A DNA stretch of 31,864 nucleotides from a virus (IMGVR_UViG_3300042866_001249:1-31864), one strand, 5' to 3'. Counted from the first letter of the stretch, positions 1-7,511 are shown. Numbers and translations: made by a program. Notes: generated by a model from the letters alone, not told the origin.

Positions 1-69
1 TTCGGGCGGCGCGGCCCATGTAAACCCACCCCGCGCGGTCAAACGCGAGGCGGGGAGAGGAGGAGAGGT

Positions 70-369
70 CTACAACTTGACGATCTTGTTTGCGTACCCG
101 TTGGCGTGCAGTTCAACCTCATCGACGCCAAGGGCCATTACCTGCCGGTGGAACTCGCGCCACGAATACAGGTAACCTTCCATGAACGCCTTTCGCACGG
201 CCAGCCATTGCTGGTAGGTTTGTTCACCAGTGCCATCCGTGGCACTCGGCTGAGGAGTCGCCGGGGCGTCGTGCCCGATCTTCGCTTCGGTTGCGAGCGT
301 TGTGCGGCGGACCTGGGCCGCTTGCTCCTGCTCGATGGTCGTGTCGTCTACTTGGTGTTCAGTTGCCAT
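70..369 (-). CDS. Phage hypothetical protein (99 aa)
   Basis: ATG at 369 preceded by GGGAGG; co-oriented with the early leftward operon. Confidence 0.7.
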   Translation of the reverse strand: MATEHQVDDTTIEQEQAAQVRRTTLATEAKIGHDAPATPQPSATDGTGEQTYQQWLAVRKAFMEGYLYSWREFHRQVMALGVDEVELHANGYANKIVKL

Positions 370-561
370 CTTGCCTCCCATCTACCTTCGCATCCCCCGC
401 ATCCTGCACCGGATCGCGCGGCATGTCTCGCGACCACAAGCACGCATCGCACACAACCGTCCCCAACGCAACGCGCGTCGGGGAGTCACAGTCGGGGCAG
501 TCGAGTGGTTCATGTATCAAAACCCCACCGCGCCGCATCCGACGCGATGAAGTGAGTCGCG

Positions 562-807
562 CTACTGCGCGGATGTGACGGGTTTGTTGAGGGCTGCGAT
601 GAGGGCGTCGGCGTGTCGCACAGACAAGGCACTAATTCTGTCTGCGTCGCCAGCCAATCCGTTGGGGTGTCCGTTCGCGCAATACCCCTGCATCGCCATC
701 GCCGCGAACTGCTGGTGAATGGTCATCGTGCTTGCGTTCTGCGAACCGTCGCACGCAGGCCGTGGGCGGTCGAGGTCCTTCACGATGTCTGCGGTGTAGT
801 CGCTCAC
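562..807 (-). CDS. Small phage hypothetical protein (FAAMAMQG...ADALIAAL family)
   Basis: GTG start overlaps the upstream TGA; motif common in phage early genes. Confidence 0.75.
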   Translation of the reverse strand: MSDYTADIVKDLDRPRPACDGSQNASTMTIHQQFAAMAMQGYCANGHPNGLAGDADRISALSVRHADALIAALNKPVTSAQ

Positions 808-1238
808 TTCGCACCCCCTGCGGCGCGGAACGCGGAGAGGGCTTGCTCGAAGTCCTTGCGGATTTCTTCGCCCAGAATCTGGCGACCAGTAACAACGAAT
901 GTCATGTCGTTTGCCTTCGCAGCGTCTGACACGCACCTCGCCAACTCCCTCGCCGCCCTCACAAACTCAGCGGGGTTGGGGATGCCGGTGAGGGCGTTGA
1001 CGCAATCAACGCACCGAGAGGCATTGATCTGGCCGATGCGAACCCCGTATTCGCTCGCGTGTTCTGAGTCGCCCTGCTCGTCGTTGTTGCAACGCTGAAA
1101 AAACGATGCGATTGGCGTGCCGCCTGTGATCGTCTGCGGGTGACTGCGAACATAGCACAAGTCAGAGCCACCAACAAACCAAGGCTCAGGCGTCTGCTCG
1201 TAGTCGAATTGCAATCCCGTGTATTGCGGCTTGTTCAC
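804..1238 (-). CDS. Phage hypothetical protein
   Basis: GTGA overlaps at both ends; GGGAGG RBS; TPEPW...NASRCVDCVNAL motif typical of phage early ORFs. Confidence 0.75.
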   Translation of the reverse strand: MNKPQYTGLQFDYEQTPEPWFVGGSDLCYVRSHPQTITGGTPIASFFQRCNNDEQGDSEHASEYGVRIGQINASRCVDCVNALTGIPNPAEFVRAARELARCVSDAAKANDMTFVVTGRQILGEEIRKDFEQALSAFRAAGGAK

Positions 1239-1474
1239 TTCACACCTCCCAAAACTCTCTCAGCCCTCGCCTCGCGCCAAGCGAGAACGTCCCGCTCGCG
1301 CCATTGCATCCTCGTTCCGATCTGCACGCCTCGCGGGAACCCGTACTTCTTGATCTGGTGTTGCACGGCTTGGTACGGGTGTTTTCCGGTATACCCAAGG
1401 AACTCCCGTGCAACCTGCCCCACGTCCAAGAACCTTCCCACAAGCGTTTGGCTCGTCCGATCACTCCCAATCAT
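1235..1474 (-). CDS. AlpA/excisionase-like HTH regulator (Cox/Apl-like, in the Cro position)
   Basis: FPRGVQIGTRMQWRERDVLAW matches the AlpA-type FP..IG.R..W...V..W pattern; divergent from the repressor. Confidence 0.8.
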   Translation of the reverse strand: MIGSDRTSQTLVGRFLDVGQVAREFLGYTGKHPYQAVQHQIKKYGFPRGVQIGTRMQWRERDVLAWREARAERVLGGVK

Positions 1475-1480
1475 GGGCAG

Positions 1481-1530
1481 AGTGTATAGAAAACCCTAGA
1501 CAAAGCAAGGACTTTCCTATACATTTCTAG
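1481..1530 (-). promoter_or_regulatory. Lytic promoter and operator: TTGCTT-N16-TACACT-N6-ATG, overlapped by an inverted repeat
   Basis: TGTATAGAAAA (1483-1493) and TTTCCTATACA (1513-1523) form a 10/11 inverted repeat; the -10 is 6 nt from the ATG and there is no SD. Confidence 0.65.
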
Positions 1531-1601
1531 CCGGGACTGTGCATCCTCTTGTCGTTCTTGGACTTGCGTTGACAAAAATGTTGGCTGTCCTTCCATCACG
1601 C

Positions 1602-2258
1602 ATGGATGTTGGCGATGTGCTGCGGGAACTCCGCAACCGCGCAGGGATGTCGATACGCGAGGTGAGCAAATCGCTCCGCGTGTCGCATGGCCTCATTCAG
1701 CAGAAGGAAGTGGGCACAGTCAAGATCAAGCCGCAGGAACTGGAGGAATGGGCGGCGTTACTTGGGTCTTCGGCGGATGTGGTTCTGTCGAAGGCCAACA
1801 AGAAGCAGGCGAGGATGGTCCCGCTGCTGACGGAGGTACAGGCTGGACGCCTGATCCGCAGCGCGGAGGATGTGGGGTGGACCTTGCAGGACGCAGACAG
1901 GTTCGTCGAAACAACCGCAACCGTGGCCGTTGATGCGTTTGCCGTGGAGGTTCAAGGGGACAGCATGGCCCCGCGAATCAGACCGGGCGACATTTGTATC
2001 TGTGAGATGTTGAAGGAAGGCGATGAGAACCGGCTGACAGACGGTCGGCTAGTCGTCGCCTGGATTTCGCCAGCCCCCGCGAAGAGCGGCGGGTCTTGGA
2101 TGGGCGGGCCTGTCATTGGCCGATGGACTTCTCGCGGGGACGGGATGATTGAACTCCGCAAGGACAACCCCGAGAAGCAGGCCGTGGTGGTGCCAGCGAC
2201 GTACGAACGGGTGCCGCGTATCGCGGTGGTGGTGGAGTTGAAGAGCCTGAACCCGTGA
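1602..2258 (+). CDS. CI/LexA-like repressor (XRE HTH plus S24 domain)
   Basis: LRELRNRAGMSIREVS HTH, VQAG cleavage-site motif, FAVEVQGDSMAPRIRPGD, LRKDNP. Start at 1602 chosen by domain boundary; TTGACA at 1569-1574. Confidence 0.92.
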   Translation: MDVGDVLRELRNRAGMSIREVSKSLRVSHGLIQQKEVGTVKIKPQELEEWAALLGSSADVVLSKANKKQARMVPLLTEVQAGRLIRSAEDVGWTLQDADRFVETTATVAVDAFAVEVQGDSMAPRIRPGDICICEMLKEGDENRLTDGRLVVAWISPAPAKSGGSWMGGPVIGRWTSRGDGMIELRKDNPEKQAVVVPATYERVPRIAVVVELKSLNP

Positions 2259-2550
2259 AGCCGCACCAAAGCCGCAGATAAGCCGCACGGCAATGTAACA
2301 TTACATCGACAGTTGAAAAGTTTGTGCGCTTTTTGTGCGCATTCTGCCTCTGTTAGTCTAGGTTAGTCTCGTTTAGTCTGCGACTAATCGGCCTTGCCGA
2401 CTCAAAAACGCCATTCCTGCCCTACTGCGAGGGGGTGTCCAATGCCTTACGAAAGCATCGCTCTACCGCTGAGCTAAGGTGGCAAGCCCTTATTTTCCAG
2501 CCACTTGCGCGACTGGCTCCGGGTTTTGTGCGCCGTCCTGTGCGCATTTT
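2258..2550. promoter_or_regulatory. attP region with arm-type and RDF-type repeats
   Basis: AAGCCGCA x3 (2258, 2269, 2280); ATGTAA-CA-TTACAT palindrome (2293-2306); paired TGTGCGC on both sides of the core (2321-2340, 2524-2546); TTAGTCT x3 at 10-bp period (2353-2379). Confidence 0.8.
2442..2483 (-). tRNA. tRNA-Thr(CGT) 5' fragment (attP identity block; not a complete canonical tRNA)
   Basis: GCCACCT-TA-GCTC-AGCGGTA-GAGC-G-ATGCT-TTCGTAA-GGCAT gives acceptor 5' strand, D arm and anticodon arm; no GTTCRA T-loop follows. Confidence 0.88.
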
Positions 2551-3647
2551 TCACCCGTTTTTTCCCCTAACGCCGCGATAGCCTTCGGGGACGATGTAAC
2601 CAACGAGGCGATTCTATCCATCGGGAACCGCTCGTAGTAGTATTTCTTCACGGTTTCTTCGGTGTCGCCCAACGCCTCCGCGACCAGTTGGAACGAGGCC
2701 CCGCCGCGTATCCAGTCCGTAGCCAATGACTTACGCAACGTGTGGAGGGGCTTGCCGTAGTCCGCAATGCCCGCCTCGATCCTGGCCTTGTCGATGATGC
2801 GGGCGTGGTGTTCGCGGAAGCCACGGCAAGGCCCGTCGTCGTAACTCTCGTCCTGCGCCTTGAGCAGCAGCCCCGCGAGGGTTGCGTCCATTGGGGCGAA
2901 GCGGTCCCGCTGCTTGGTCCCTCTGTCTGTGCGCCCGTTGTGCGCCCGGATGGGGATGTGGATGACGTTGTTGTGCCACTGCACATCGGTCCATCGCAGG
3001 TTCCGAATCTCCTCCCGACGCAGACCAGCCCGGCGAGCGATGCAGAACGCGAGGAACGCCGTGGGGTTGGTGATGTACCCGGCGATAGCGTCGGCCTGCT
3101 CTTGGGACACGTAGGACCATCCAGCCGCCCCGCCCGCCGCAATGTTCAGGGTGTGCGTCCGTAGGGCTTTCTTGGCGAACGGGTTGCGGGTCGCGAGGGG
3201 TGTGGAGCGATTGACGGCGAACTCGAAGACCACGCCCAGCCGGGCCACGATGCCCGCGATGGTGTTGGCCGACAACTTGTCTGAGTCGCGGCCCTTCGCG
3301 TCCCGCAGGTGGTTCACGAACTGGCGTGCGTGTTCCGCCCCCACGTCGCGAACGCGCTTGTTGCCGATGACGGAGATGAGCCGGTCGATAGCGGCAACCT
3401 GGTCGGCGAGGGTCTTCGCGTTGAGGTCCGTGCGTTCCAGCCGGTAGGCGTCACGCCACGCGAGCAGCGTCGTTGGGTCCACCCTCCCGACCATGACGCC
3501 ACGCTCGGCAATGCGTTGGGTGGCCAACCGTTCGGCGTCCTTCTTGCCGCCGATGGTGGACTTGCGGCCCAGCGATTCACGCGAGCGCGTTCCATCGGGC
3601 AACTGATAGGACAGCTGCCAGTAGTCGCCGTTACTTCGCACTCGCAT
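2490..3647 (-). CDS. int: Tyrosine recombinase / phage integrase
   Basis: N-terminal arm-binding-like region, GLRREE (R), TK, HTLRKS (HxxR), LGD...YY; adjacent to attP. Confidence 0.95.
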   Translation of the reverse strand: MRVRSNGDYWQLSYQLPDGTRSRESLGRKSTIGGKKDAERLATQRIAERGVMVGRVDPTTLLAWRDAYRLERTDLNAKTLADQVAAIDRLISVIGNKRVRDVGAEHARQFVNHLRDAKGRDSDKLSANTIAGIVARLGVVFEFAVNRSTPLATRNPFAKKALRTHTLNIAAGGAAGWSYVSQEQADAIAGYITNPTAFLAFCIARRAGLRREEIRNLRWTDVQWHNNVIHIPIRAHNGRTDRGTKQRDRFAPMDATLAGLLLKAQDESYDDGPCRGFREHHARIIDKARIEAGIADYGKPLHTLRKSLATDWIRGGASFQLVAEALGDTEETVKKYYYERFPMDRIASLVTSSPKAIAALGEKTGEKCAQDGAQNPEPVAQVAGK

Positions 3648-3882
3648 CGGTCGCGTCCTTCCTGTTGCCGGTGAGGTCGCGGTAGTGCGCCCCCTCCGGC
3701 GTGTTGTGCGTCAAAAACCGCGCGGCCTTGATCGGGTCGGCGATGCTGATAGCGGCGTGCAGGGCGAGCGTCTTCGGGACGGGCTTGCCCATGATCGCGG
3801 TCAACTTGTCGGCGAGGTCGTTGAGCGTGTCGTCTGTGCCCCATGACGGGGCCAGCATGTAGGTTGTGCGTTTGGTGGGCAT
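3631..3882 (-). CDS. Small putative DNA-binding protein (possibly ribbon-helix-helix)
   Basis: MPTKRTTYML beta-strand-like start followed by two helices; overlaps the int start; GAGGGG upstream. Confidence 0.55.
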   Translation of the reverse strand: MPTKRTTYMLAPSWGTDDTLNDLADKLTAIMGKPVPKTLALHAAISIADPIKAARFLTHNTPEGAHYRDLTGNRKDATDASAK

Positions 3883-3919
3883 AATCCGACCCCTCGCGTT
3901 TCGGCGAGGGGTGGGGTGG

Positions 3920-4225
3920 TTACTGGTTGCGAGCCTTCGCGATTGCGGCGCGGGCGGCGCACATGGCCTCCTGTTGCTCTGTTGTGCGGCCCTTGCCAAG
4001 ATCGGGCAACCCCTTCGGCGTGACGCAGTGTTGAAGCACAGCCTGCAGAGCCGCCAGAAGATCGGGGGCGGCTTCCGCAAGATCGCCAACGCGAGATGCG
4101 TTGCTCTGGTTGTAGTGAACGTCCGTGTTGAGGATGACGCGGCAACTGCCCTCGTCGTCTTCTTGGACTTCGGAAACGCTGAAACCCCATCCCGCCGTGT
4201 GCTTCGCCTGCATGTCCTTTGTCAT
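3920..4225 (-). CDS. Phage hypothetical protein (AAPDLLAAL...ARAAIAKA family), paralog 1
   Basis: ATGA overlap, GGAGG RBS, family motif. Confidence 0.8.
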   Translation of the reverse strand: MTKDMQAKHTAGWGFSVSEVQEDDEGSCRVILNTDVHYNQSNASRVGDLAEAAPDLLAALQAVLQHCVTPKGLPDLGKGRTTEQQEAMCAARAAIAKARNQ

Positions 4226-4263
4226 TGTGCACCTCCCTTAGCCTTCGCGATTGCGGCGCGGGC
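3932..4263. repeat. Exact 24-nt direct repeat AGCCTTCGCGATTGCGGCGCGGGC (3932-3955 and 4240-4263)
   Basis: Read directly; encodes ARAAIAKA in both paralogs. Confidence 0.9.
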
Positions 4264-4680
4264 CATGATCGCGCCCTTGATCCAAAACTTGTCGGCCACG
4301 GGGAAGTTGGGATTCCCGCTCATCTCTTCGTAGTGCCTGACGACTTCTTCGCACGCCGCGAGCAAGTCGGGCGCGGAGGCAAACAACGCCGCCGCCCTTG
4401 GATTCTGGCAAATCGCGTAGATTGTCCACTCGTTGCCACTTTCTAGCGAACTCTCTGGAATGATGACGTAGTTTTGTGGGTAGTCGATGCCAGGGTGAGA
4501 GGCTTGTTTAGGGCCGCGAACCACAAGCGAAACGTCGCACGGGCTTGGTCCATTTTTGTAGGTCCCACTCAGTTTCAACTTTTCCATATCCGTCACCATC
4601 CTTTCCGCCGCGCGATTGTGTTCGCGGGCACTGTAACCCGGTGCCATTGCTGCCAACGCTGATGCGAGGGTTGGGGTCAC
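4222..4680 (-). CDS. Phage hypothetical protein (SAPDLLAAC...ARAAIAKA family), paralog 2
   Basis: GTG start overlapping the lysozyme TGA; same C-terminal motif as paralog 1. Confidence 0.75.
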   Translation of the reverse strand: MTPTLASALAAMAPGYSAREHNRAAERMVTDMEKLKLSGTYKNGPSPCDVSLVVRGPKQASHPGIDYPQNYVIIPESSLESGNEWTIYAICQNPRAAALFASAPDLLAACEEVVRHYEEMSGNPNFPVADKFWIKGAIMARAAIAKAKGGAQ

Positions 4681-5078
4681 TTGGCACCCCCCATCGCCCG
4701 CTCGACCTTCCGCCAGTACGCGACCGTTGCGGCCTTGCGGTGTCCGCGTGGACCGCCGTTCCAGTTCCGCGCCACCTTCTCCGCATCTCCGCATCGGGCG
4801 TAGTGGTCCGAGTAGACCCGGAACATCTCGCGCGACTTCGCGGGGTCCAGGCGGTCGGCCAAGGTGTACCGATCCTGGCCCAAGATTCGATTCACGTCCT
4901 CGACCATGATCGGGTGAATCTGGAGGATGCCGACAGCCTTGCCGCCGTCGCCAACCGCGTCCGCCCGCCCGCTGGACTCGACCATCTCGATTGCGGGGAG
5001 GACTCTGGCATACCGATCCGCCTTGCCCGCGCCGAGCGCGAGGAAAGCCAACGCTGTGAGTGCTAACGTACGTCGCAT
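4677..5078 (-). CDS. Secreted lysozyme-like protein (i-type lysozyme / SLT-like fold)
   Basis: AGGAG RBS; signal peptide MRRTLALTALAFLALGA; IEMVES (catalytic Glu), GILQI, ARNWNGGPRG...T.AYWRKV. Confidence 0.85.
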   Translation of the reverse strand: MRRTLALTALAFLALGAGKADRYARVLPAIEMVESSGRADAVGDGGKAVGILQIHPIMVEDVNRILGQDRYTLADRLDPAKSREMFRVYSDHYARCGDAEKVARNWNGGPRGHRKAATVAYWRKVERAMGGAK

Positions 5079-5203
5079 ATGTCTGCTCCTGAGACTGTGC
5101 CGCGCCCCCGGTCCTGCAAGACGCGGGGGCACTTCATTGAACTGGTCGGACGTTCCGGCCAGTGAAACCCGCCTGGCGTCGGTGGACGCGAGGCGAGGGG
5201 TGG

Positions 5204-5401
5204 TCAATCACAGTCAACCGTGTTGATCGCCTTCTCGATCACTTCGCATATCCGGGTGTCGTGGTTTTCCGACTTCTCCGCCGCCAAGTCACGCGCCCCC
5301 TCTATCGTGACGCGCCGACCAAACAACCGCCACTTGCCCCAGTTAGCATTGAAAACCCACACTTCGTAGTACGTTCTTGGCATTCGCGTGAACTCAGGCA
5401 T
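5204..5401 (-). CDS. Hypothetical protein (65 aa)
   Basis: GGAGG RBS; overlaps the upstream stop. Confidence 0.65.
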   Translation of the reverse strand: MPEFTRMPRTYYEVWVFNANWGKWRLFGRRVTIEGARDLAAEKSENHDTRICEVIEKAINTVDCD

Positions 5402-5633
5402 TTTGCGCCTCCAATTGACGTTGCATCGCGTCCCATCCGCAGGGCGAGGGGTTTGCGGCGACAACGCCCAGTATCCCCGCGTCCCCGCTGGCGATTATGC
5501 CCGCGTCGGCGTAGGTGTCGATCAAGCCGTTGCACAGGTCCGACGCGAGCCGGAATAGTGAACACACTGCGACACACTCCCAAGGCGACACAAGCGAACG
5601 CTTGATGCAAACCAGATACTTTTCGCGTTCCAT
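5394..5633 (-). CDS. Hypothetical protein (79 aa)
   Basis: GAGGAG RBS before ATG at 5633. Confidence 0.6.
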   Translation of the reverse strand: MEREKYLVCIKRSLVSPWECVAVCSLFRLASDLCNGLIDTYADAGIIASGDAGILGVVAANPSPCGWDAMQRQLEAQNA

Positions 5634-5749
5634 CGTTTGCTCCTCTGCTGCAACATTTTCCAACTATCCGCCATTTTCCGACGCCGGAAACTATGGCATT
5701 TTGGGAAACCCGCGCCGTCCTGTGGGGAGGGCGCGAGGGGTGGGGGGTA

Positions 5750-5971
5750 TCAGGCTGCGTAGCGTTCCCGAATCTGCTTGCAAGCGACCAGATACCCGGC
5801 CATCGCGTCCGAATCGGTGTCAAACCAACGCACTGACGGGGCACTGTCCATGCCCGCAGGCCAGTGAATTGACACGGCAAGCCGACCCCTAGCCCGGCGA
5901 ACCTTGACGGAAATTTGCGCCCGGTCCTTGGTGGTGAAGTGTTCTTCGCAAACGGTTTGAATCGTGGTCAT
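5750..5971 (-). CDS. Hypothetical protein (73 aa), first gene of the cassette
   Basis: GGGAG RBS; directly downstream of a strong promoter. Confidence 0.65.
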   Translation of the reverse strand: MTTIQTVCEEHFTTKDRAQISVKVRRARGRLAVSIHWPAGMDSAPSVRWFDTDSDAMAGYLVACKQIRERYAA

Positions 5972-6014
5972 CTTCGCTGCTCCCGGCCCTGCAAGGCCAA
6001 CCCACCCGAGCCAC

Positions 6015-6043
6015 AGTATATAGCACTGCATCGGTCAATGCAA
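6015..6043 (-). promoter_or_regulatory. Sigma70-type promoter TTGCAT-N17-TATACT with overlapping palindrome TGCAT-N6-ATGCA
   Basis: Near-consensus boxes at 17-nt spacing in an AT-richer intergenic region. Confidence 0.75.
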
Positions 6044-6216
6044 GCCACTTCGCCAATATCTTGGCGTTTTTCTCACACTTTTTCGTTTGCTGCGATTGAA
6101 CAGGCACCAAACATCTAGCAAGTCGGCCACAGACGCGGGCACGGGGCTAGCGTGGTCCATGTCCTCCCATCCTGTCTCATTGCCAGTCGGGAGGAAGACC
6201 GTTCGCACGATGCCTC

Positions 6217-6507
6217 CTAGTGCTTAGGTGCTTTGGTGTGCCACGAGGTACAAAGTTCGTCCAGCACCACAAGCAAGTCGGCAACCCGCATCGTTCGCGG
6301 GATAGTGCGTTTCTCTTCGTGTGCGTGGTCGTCGTGGAAGATTCGGAGCACGTACGCGCCTTCTTCGGGCATGAGCATCGACCACGACAAGCCGCGCGAT
6401 GCGGCTATCGCGTCCATGCCCGCCTCGACCGTGATGGCCTGCTCGGGGCTACCTAGTTTGTGTTGCTGCTGCTTCTGCTTGTGGTTGCGACGTGGATTGC
6501 GGGACAT
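6217..6507 (-). CDS. Hypothetical protein (start uncertain)
   Basis: Last ORF of the late accessory operon; GGAGGG upstream of ATG at 6507. Confidence 0.55.
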   Translation of the reverse strand: MSRNPRRNHKQKQQQHKLGSPEQAITVEAGMDAIAASRGLSWSMLMPEEGAYVLRIFHDDHAHEEKRTIPRTMRVADLLVVLDELCTSWHTKAPKH

Positions 6508-6754
6508 AGAAACGTGCCCTCCGCTTGTGGCCGTTGATGTAATCGACGCCTTCAACTTCTCGCATCTTGCCCGTCGCCAGCAGTTCGGCTATACGCCTCT
6601 CTGCGACCGTGCGACCAACGCCCCACGTTGCACCCACCTCCGCGAGCGTTAGCCCGCCCTCCGGCCTCGTGGTCCTCGCGGGGGCAAGTTCACGCCACAG
6701 CCGCTCAACGCTGGGATTCTGGCAGGTACTTGATAAAGGTCCTGACATGCGCAA
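6449..6754 (-). CDS. Winged-helix-like putative DNA-binding protein
   Basis: LTLAEVGATWGVGRTVAERRIAELLATG HTH pattern followed by a beta-wing; AAGGAG RBS. Confidence 0.65.
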   Translation of the reverse strand: MRMSGPLSSTCQNPSVERLWRELAPARTTRPEGGLTLAEVGATWGVGRTVAERRIAELLATGKMREVEGVDYINGHKRRARFYVPQSTSQPQAEAAATQTR

Positions 6755-7502
6755 ACTCCTTTGGTTCGCAGTTGCGGTAGTCCAGCACTACGCCGCCGAC
6801 GCACGGCACCTCCGCGCGGCTCGCCTTCTGTGTGTGTCTGTCGATGCCCTTCCACGAGGGAGTACGCAAGGCCATGCCACCGCACTGACCCTGTGCCACG
6901 CTGTATTGGTGCCCGTGTGCGACCGCGAGAACGTCGGGCGGTCGCTGGCCACAGTTGACCGCCTCTAGCCGCGTGTCTGCCATGTGATTGGCAACGGCAC
7001 CTTCGGCTGTCCAGCGTCGGCCAGGTACGCCCGAGTGATGCCGTGCCCAGTGCATTAGCCCGTTGACCTCGAAGCGTGCGGTGTCGTGCGTGATGCTGTT
7101 CTTCGCGCGGATGACGTTCAGCCCCTGCGCTTCCAGTTGAACGCCTAGTTCGTCCTCATCGTCCCATGTGTGGCATTCGGTGCCACGCACGAAGTAGATC
7201 GGCCCGGTTGCCAGCGGTGCCAGCATCATCGCAGCCCATCGGGTTTGTTTCGTCCATGAGGACGCAGTAAGTTCGCGACCGCCGTGGTGGATGCCTTCCA
7301 TCGCGTCACCGTTCACAACGGTAATGACGCCCGTGCCGAACGTGTCTCGCGTCCAGTCGCAGAAGTCGGCCCATTGGACGCGGACCCAATCACGGAACCA
7401 CGCGGCCCGCTCGATGGTGTCTTCGTCGGGCGGGCACCAGCCCCAGATGGAGCCGACGTGCATGTCGGATACGAACACTACTACGCGGTTCCCTTCGCCC
7501 AT
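6705..7502 (-). CDS. Calcineurin-like metallophosphoesterase
   Basis: SDMHVG, NGDAMEG, GTECH, RHH and AHGH motifs. Confidence 0.88.
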   Translation of the reverse strand: MGEGNRVVVFVSDMHVGSIWGWCPPDEDTIERAAWFRDWVRVQWADFCDWTRDTFGTGVITVVNGDAMEGIHHGGRELTASSWTKQTRWAAMMLAPLATGPIYFVRGTECHTWDDEDELGVQLEAQGLNVIRAKNSITHDTARFEVNGLMHWARHHSGVPGRRWTAEGAVANHMADTRLEAVNCGQRPPDVLAVAHGHQYSVAQGQCGGMALRTPSWKGIDRHTQKASRAEVPCVGGVVLDYRNCEPKEFAHVRTFIKYLPESQR

Positions 7503-7511
7503 ACTTTGCTC

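Noticed and set aside
2410-2483. A complete functional tRNA-Thr gene
   Set aside because: No GTTCRA T-loop, no proper 5-bp T stem and no CCA; treated as an att fragment.
2490-2720. Integrase inactive because LGH reads LGD
   Set aside because: The second His/Trp position is variable among tyrosine recombinases; R, K, HxxR and Y are present and the ORF is intact.
5640-5705. Three AAAATG and two ATAGTT short repeats as an operator or promoter
   Set aside because: Short, irregularly spaced and without a convincing -35/-10 pair.
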